A DNA stretch of 63,593 bases, counting the filler, from Licmophora abbreviata (lineage: Eukaryota): assembly GCA_900291995.1 (NCBI GenBank). It is 17 parts of 17 records of this genome, joined end to end, with 100 filler letters (N's around TTAATTAATTAA, not from the genome) between each part and the next. Parts side by side here need not be neighbours in the genome. Positions count along the whole stretch, not along the records: positions 62,065 to 63,593 come from OLMU01004551.1; 16 more parts are not named here. One strand, written 5' to 3'. The notes beneath the pieces were generated by a model. It was not told where the DNA came from, made no database searches, and saw only the letters and a list, made by a program, of their open reading frames with translations. The position numbers and the translations under genes are program-made. Below are positions 62,154-63,593 of this stretch, one piece after another. Every line of letters starts with the position of its first letter. Position 1 is the stretch's first letter.

Positions 62154-63299
62154 ATGGCAGACGGAAGCAACGGCAAACGCGCATCCCGCAGCGTATTGGG
62201 GGACACAGAGAACCACGCGCGGGTCAGGACCACGGCGCTGGTCATCATCGCGTTTGCGGTGGTGCTGTTCATGCTTGTGCAGGCGCGGTTCCTGCTGATC
62301 TCGCTGGCGGTGGCGATCATTCTGTTCGCACTGACATCGGATGTGATCCGGTTCATCGCGCGCCAAAGGGTCGGACGGTTCGGTGTGCCCAACTGGTTGG
62401 CGTCGATCGCGGCGCTGGTGCTGATTTCGACGGCGTTGCTGGTGCTGTCCTCGATCTTGCTGGCGCAGCTGAACACGGTGCTGGTCACGACCGTTTCCTA
62501 TGCCGAGCGCGCGCCCTCGGCGGTGGCGTCGCTGTTTGGGTGGATGGGCGATGATGTGGAGACGGCGGTGTTCAATTCGCTGCGCTCGGTGGAGATTTCA
62601 GGCTATGTGCGCACCGTGGCGGGGCAGGCGGGCAACCTGATGCAGGGCACGGTTCTGGTGATCCTCTTCGTGGGGTTTCTCTTTGCGGAGCGTATCTGGT
62701 TCGACACCAAGATGACCAATTTCTTCGAAGATGAGGGGCAGGCCGCGCGGGCCACCAAGATCATCACGTCGATCATTCACCGGGTGAACTATTACTTGCT
62801 GGTCAAGACCGTGGTGAGCCTCATAACCGGCGCGATGATCTATGTGGTGGCGCAGGTCTTCGGGATCGAGCTGGCGCTGGCGCTTGGGATCCTGACCTTC
62901 ATCCTGAATTACATCCCCAATATCGGCTCGATCGTGGCCACCGGCATGGTGGCGCTGGTCGGCTATGTCGAGACCGGAGACGCACAAACCACCGGCATCC
63001 TGTTCCTGATCACCGGCGCGATCCAGTTCATCAACGGGAACGTGATCGATCCGTGGATGATGGGCCGGGCGCTGCGGCTGTCTTCGTTCGGGATCATCAT
63101 GAGCCTGGCCTTCTGGGGGGCGGTGTGGGGCATTCCGGGCATGTTCCTGTCGGTGCCGATCATGGTGATGCTGCTGGTGGTCTGCTCGCATGTCCCCGAG
63201 CTGCGCAAGGTGGCGGTGCTGCTGTCGCGCGAGGGTCTGCCCGAGGACGAACAGGAGCTGGACCGGCTGGCTGAGGAAATCGAGAACCGCAAGGGGTGA
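62154..63299 (+). CDS. AI-2E family transporter
   Basis: Multi-TM; FILNYIPNIGS, GNVIDP, FWGAVWGIPGMFLSVP. Confidence 0.9.
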   Translation: MADGSNGKRASRSVLGDTENHARVRTTALVIIAFAVVLFMLVQARFLLISLAVAIILFALTSDVIRFIARQRVGRFGVPNWLASIAALVLISTALLVLSSILLAQLNTVLVTTVSYAERAPSAVASLFGWMGDDVETAVFNSLRSVEISGYVRTVAGQAGNLMQGTVLVILFVGFLFAERIWFDTKMTNFFEDEGQAARATKIITSIIHRVNYYLLVKTVVSLITGAMIYVVAQVFGIELALALGILTFILNYIPNIGSIVATGMVALVGYVETGDAQTTGILFLITGAIQFINGNVIDPWMMGRALRLSSFGIIMSLAFWGAVWGIPGMFLSVPIMVMLLVVCSHVPELRKVAVLLSREGLPEDEQELDRLAEEIENRKG

Positions 63300-63309
63300 G
63301 GGGCGGGTG

Positions 63310-63354
63310 CAAGGCCTTTCGAAAGGCCTTGGAGAGGCGGTTTCGAAACCGCCT
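63310..63354. repeat. Two tandem perfect palindromes with TTTCGAAA centres
   Basis: CAAGGCCTTTCGAAAGGCCTTG (63310-63331) and AGGCGGTTTCGAAACCGCCT (63335-63354). Confidence 0.85.
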
Positions 63355-63593
63355 GACGCGTAGAGCCGGCAAATGCCCTTGATGGTGGCCACGTGCCGAT
63401 GCTCTGCCGCCAGCACATCGGCGGCGATATCGAGCGCGGATGAGATCAGCGCCTGGGGGCCTACGAGGCGGTCGCAAGTCTCGGGGTCAGCGCGGTTTTG
63501 TGGTCGAGGTTCTGGCTGCCCCTTGGGATCGTCCGGCTGCTTTGCGGGTTGTGTGGTCCGCAGGGTGACAGCGCGGGTTCCAAGGCGTTGGGG

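Noticed and set aside
63355..63593. Possible ncRNA (e.g. SRP RNA) at the window end
   Set aside because: No SRP core motif or tRNA structure recognised

Overview
GC-rich alphaproteobacterial chromosome. Gene content and order are typical of roseobacter-type Rhodobacteraceae; the genus cannot be fixed from sequence alone. It is a draft scaffold of 17 pieces joined by 16 artificial 100-bp N44-TTAATTAATTAA-N44 linkers. Some linkers hide whole genes, and three join contigs that actually overlap. Order: distal tad/cpa (Flp pilus) genes; scoB and scoA split by a GSCFA + SGNH-like gene pair; topA; dprA (one-base frameshift); tldD 5' end; aa3 oxidase operon (coxB-ctaB-coxF-ctaG-coxC-surf1); thrC, M16 peptidase, RimJ-like GNAT; MBL hydrolase; FAD oxidoreductase; soluble chemoreceptor; a ~13.6-kb periplasmic formate dehydrogenase island with many accessory genes; cupin; bioMNY; a Lon-like protease/Usp-like/MacAB-type exporter operon behind an FNR-type box; Na+/Ca2+ antiporter; L,D-transpeptidase; yggS; DUF3576; a GT4 glycosyltransferase; leuS-lptE-holA; GST; flavoprotein; small HNH protein; Tat multicopper oxidase; AI-2E transporter. 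No rRNA, tRNA, CRISPR array, transposase, integrase or prophage was recognised. Best leads: (1) the FDH island, with a truncated TupA-like domain fused to cytochrome c, a WD40-cytochrome c fusion and a GAFTGA-less NtrC-type regulator; (2) three families of short intergenic repeats, including an identical 37-bp element with 11-bp periodicity present twice about 45 kb apart; (3) the FNR-box-led Lon-like/ABC exporter operon; (4) the SGNH-type gene pair inside scoAB. Family assignments come from motif recognition by eye, not database searches, so novelty is unverified.
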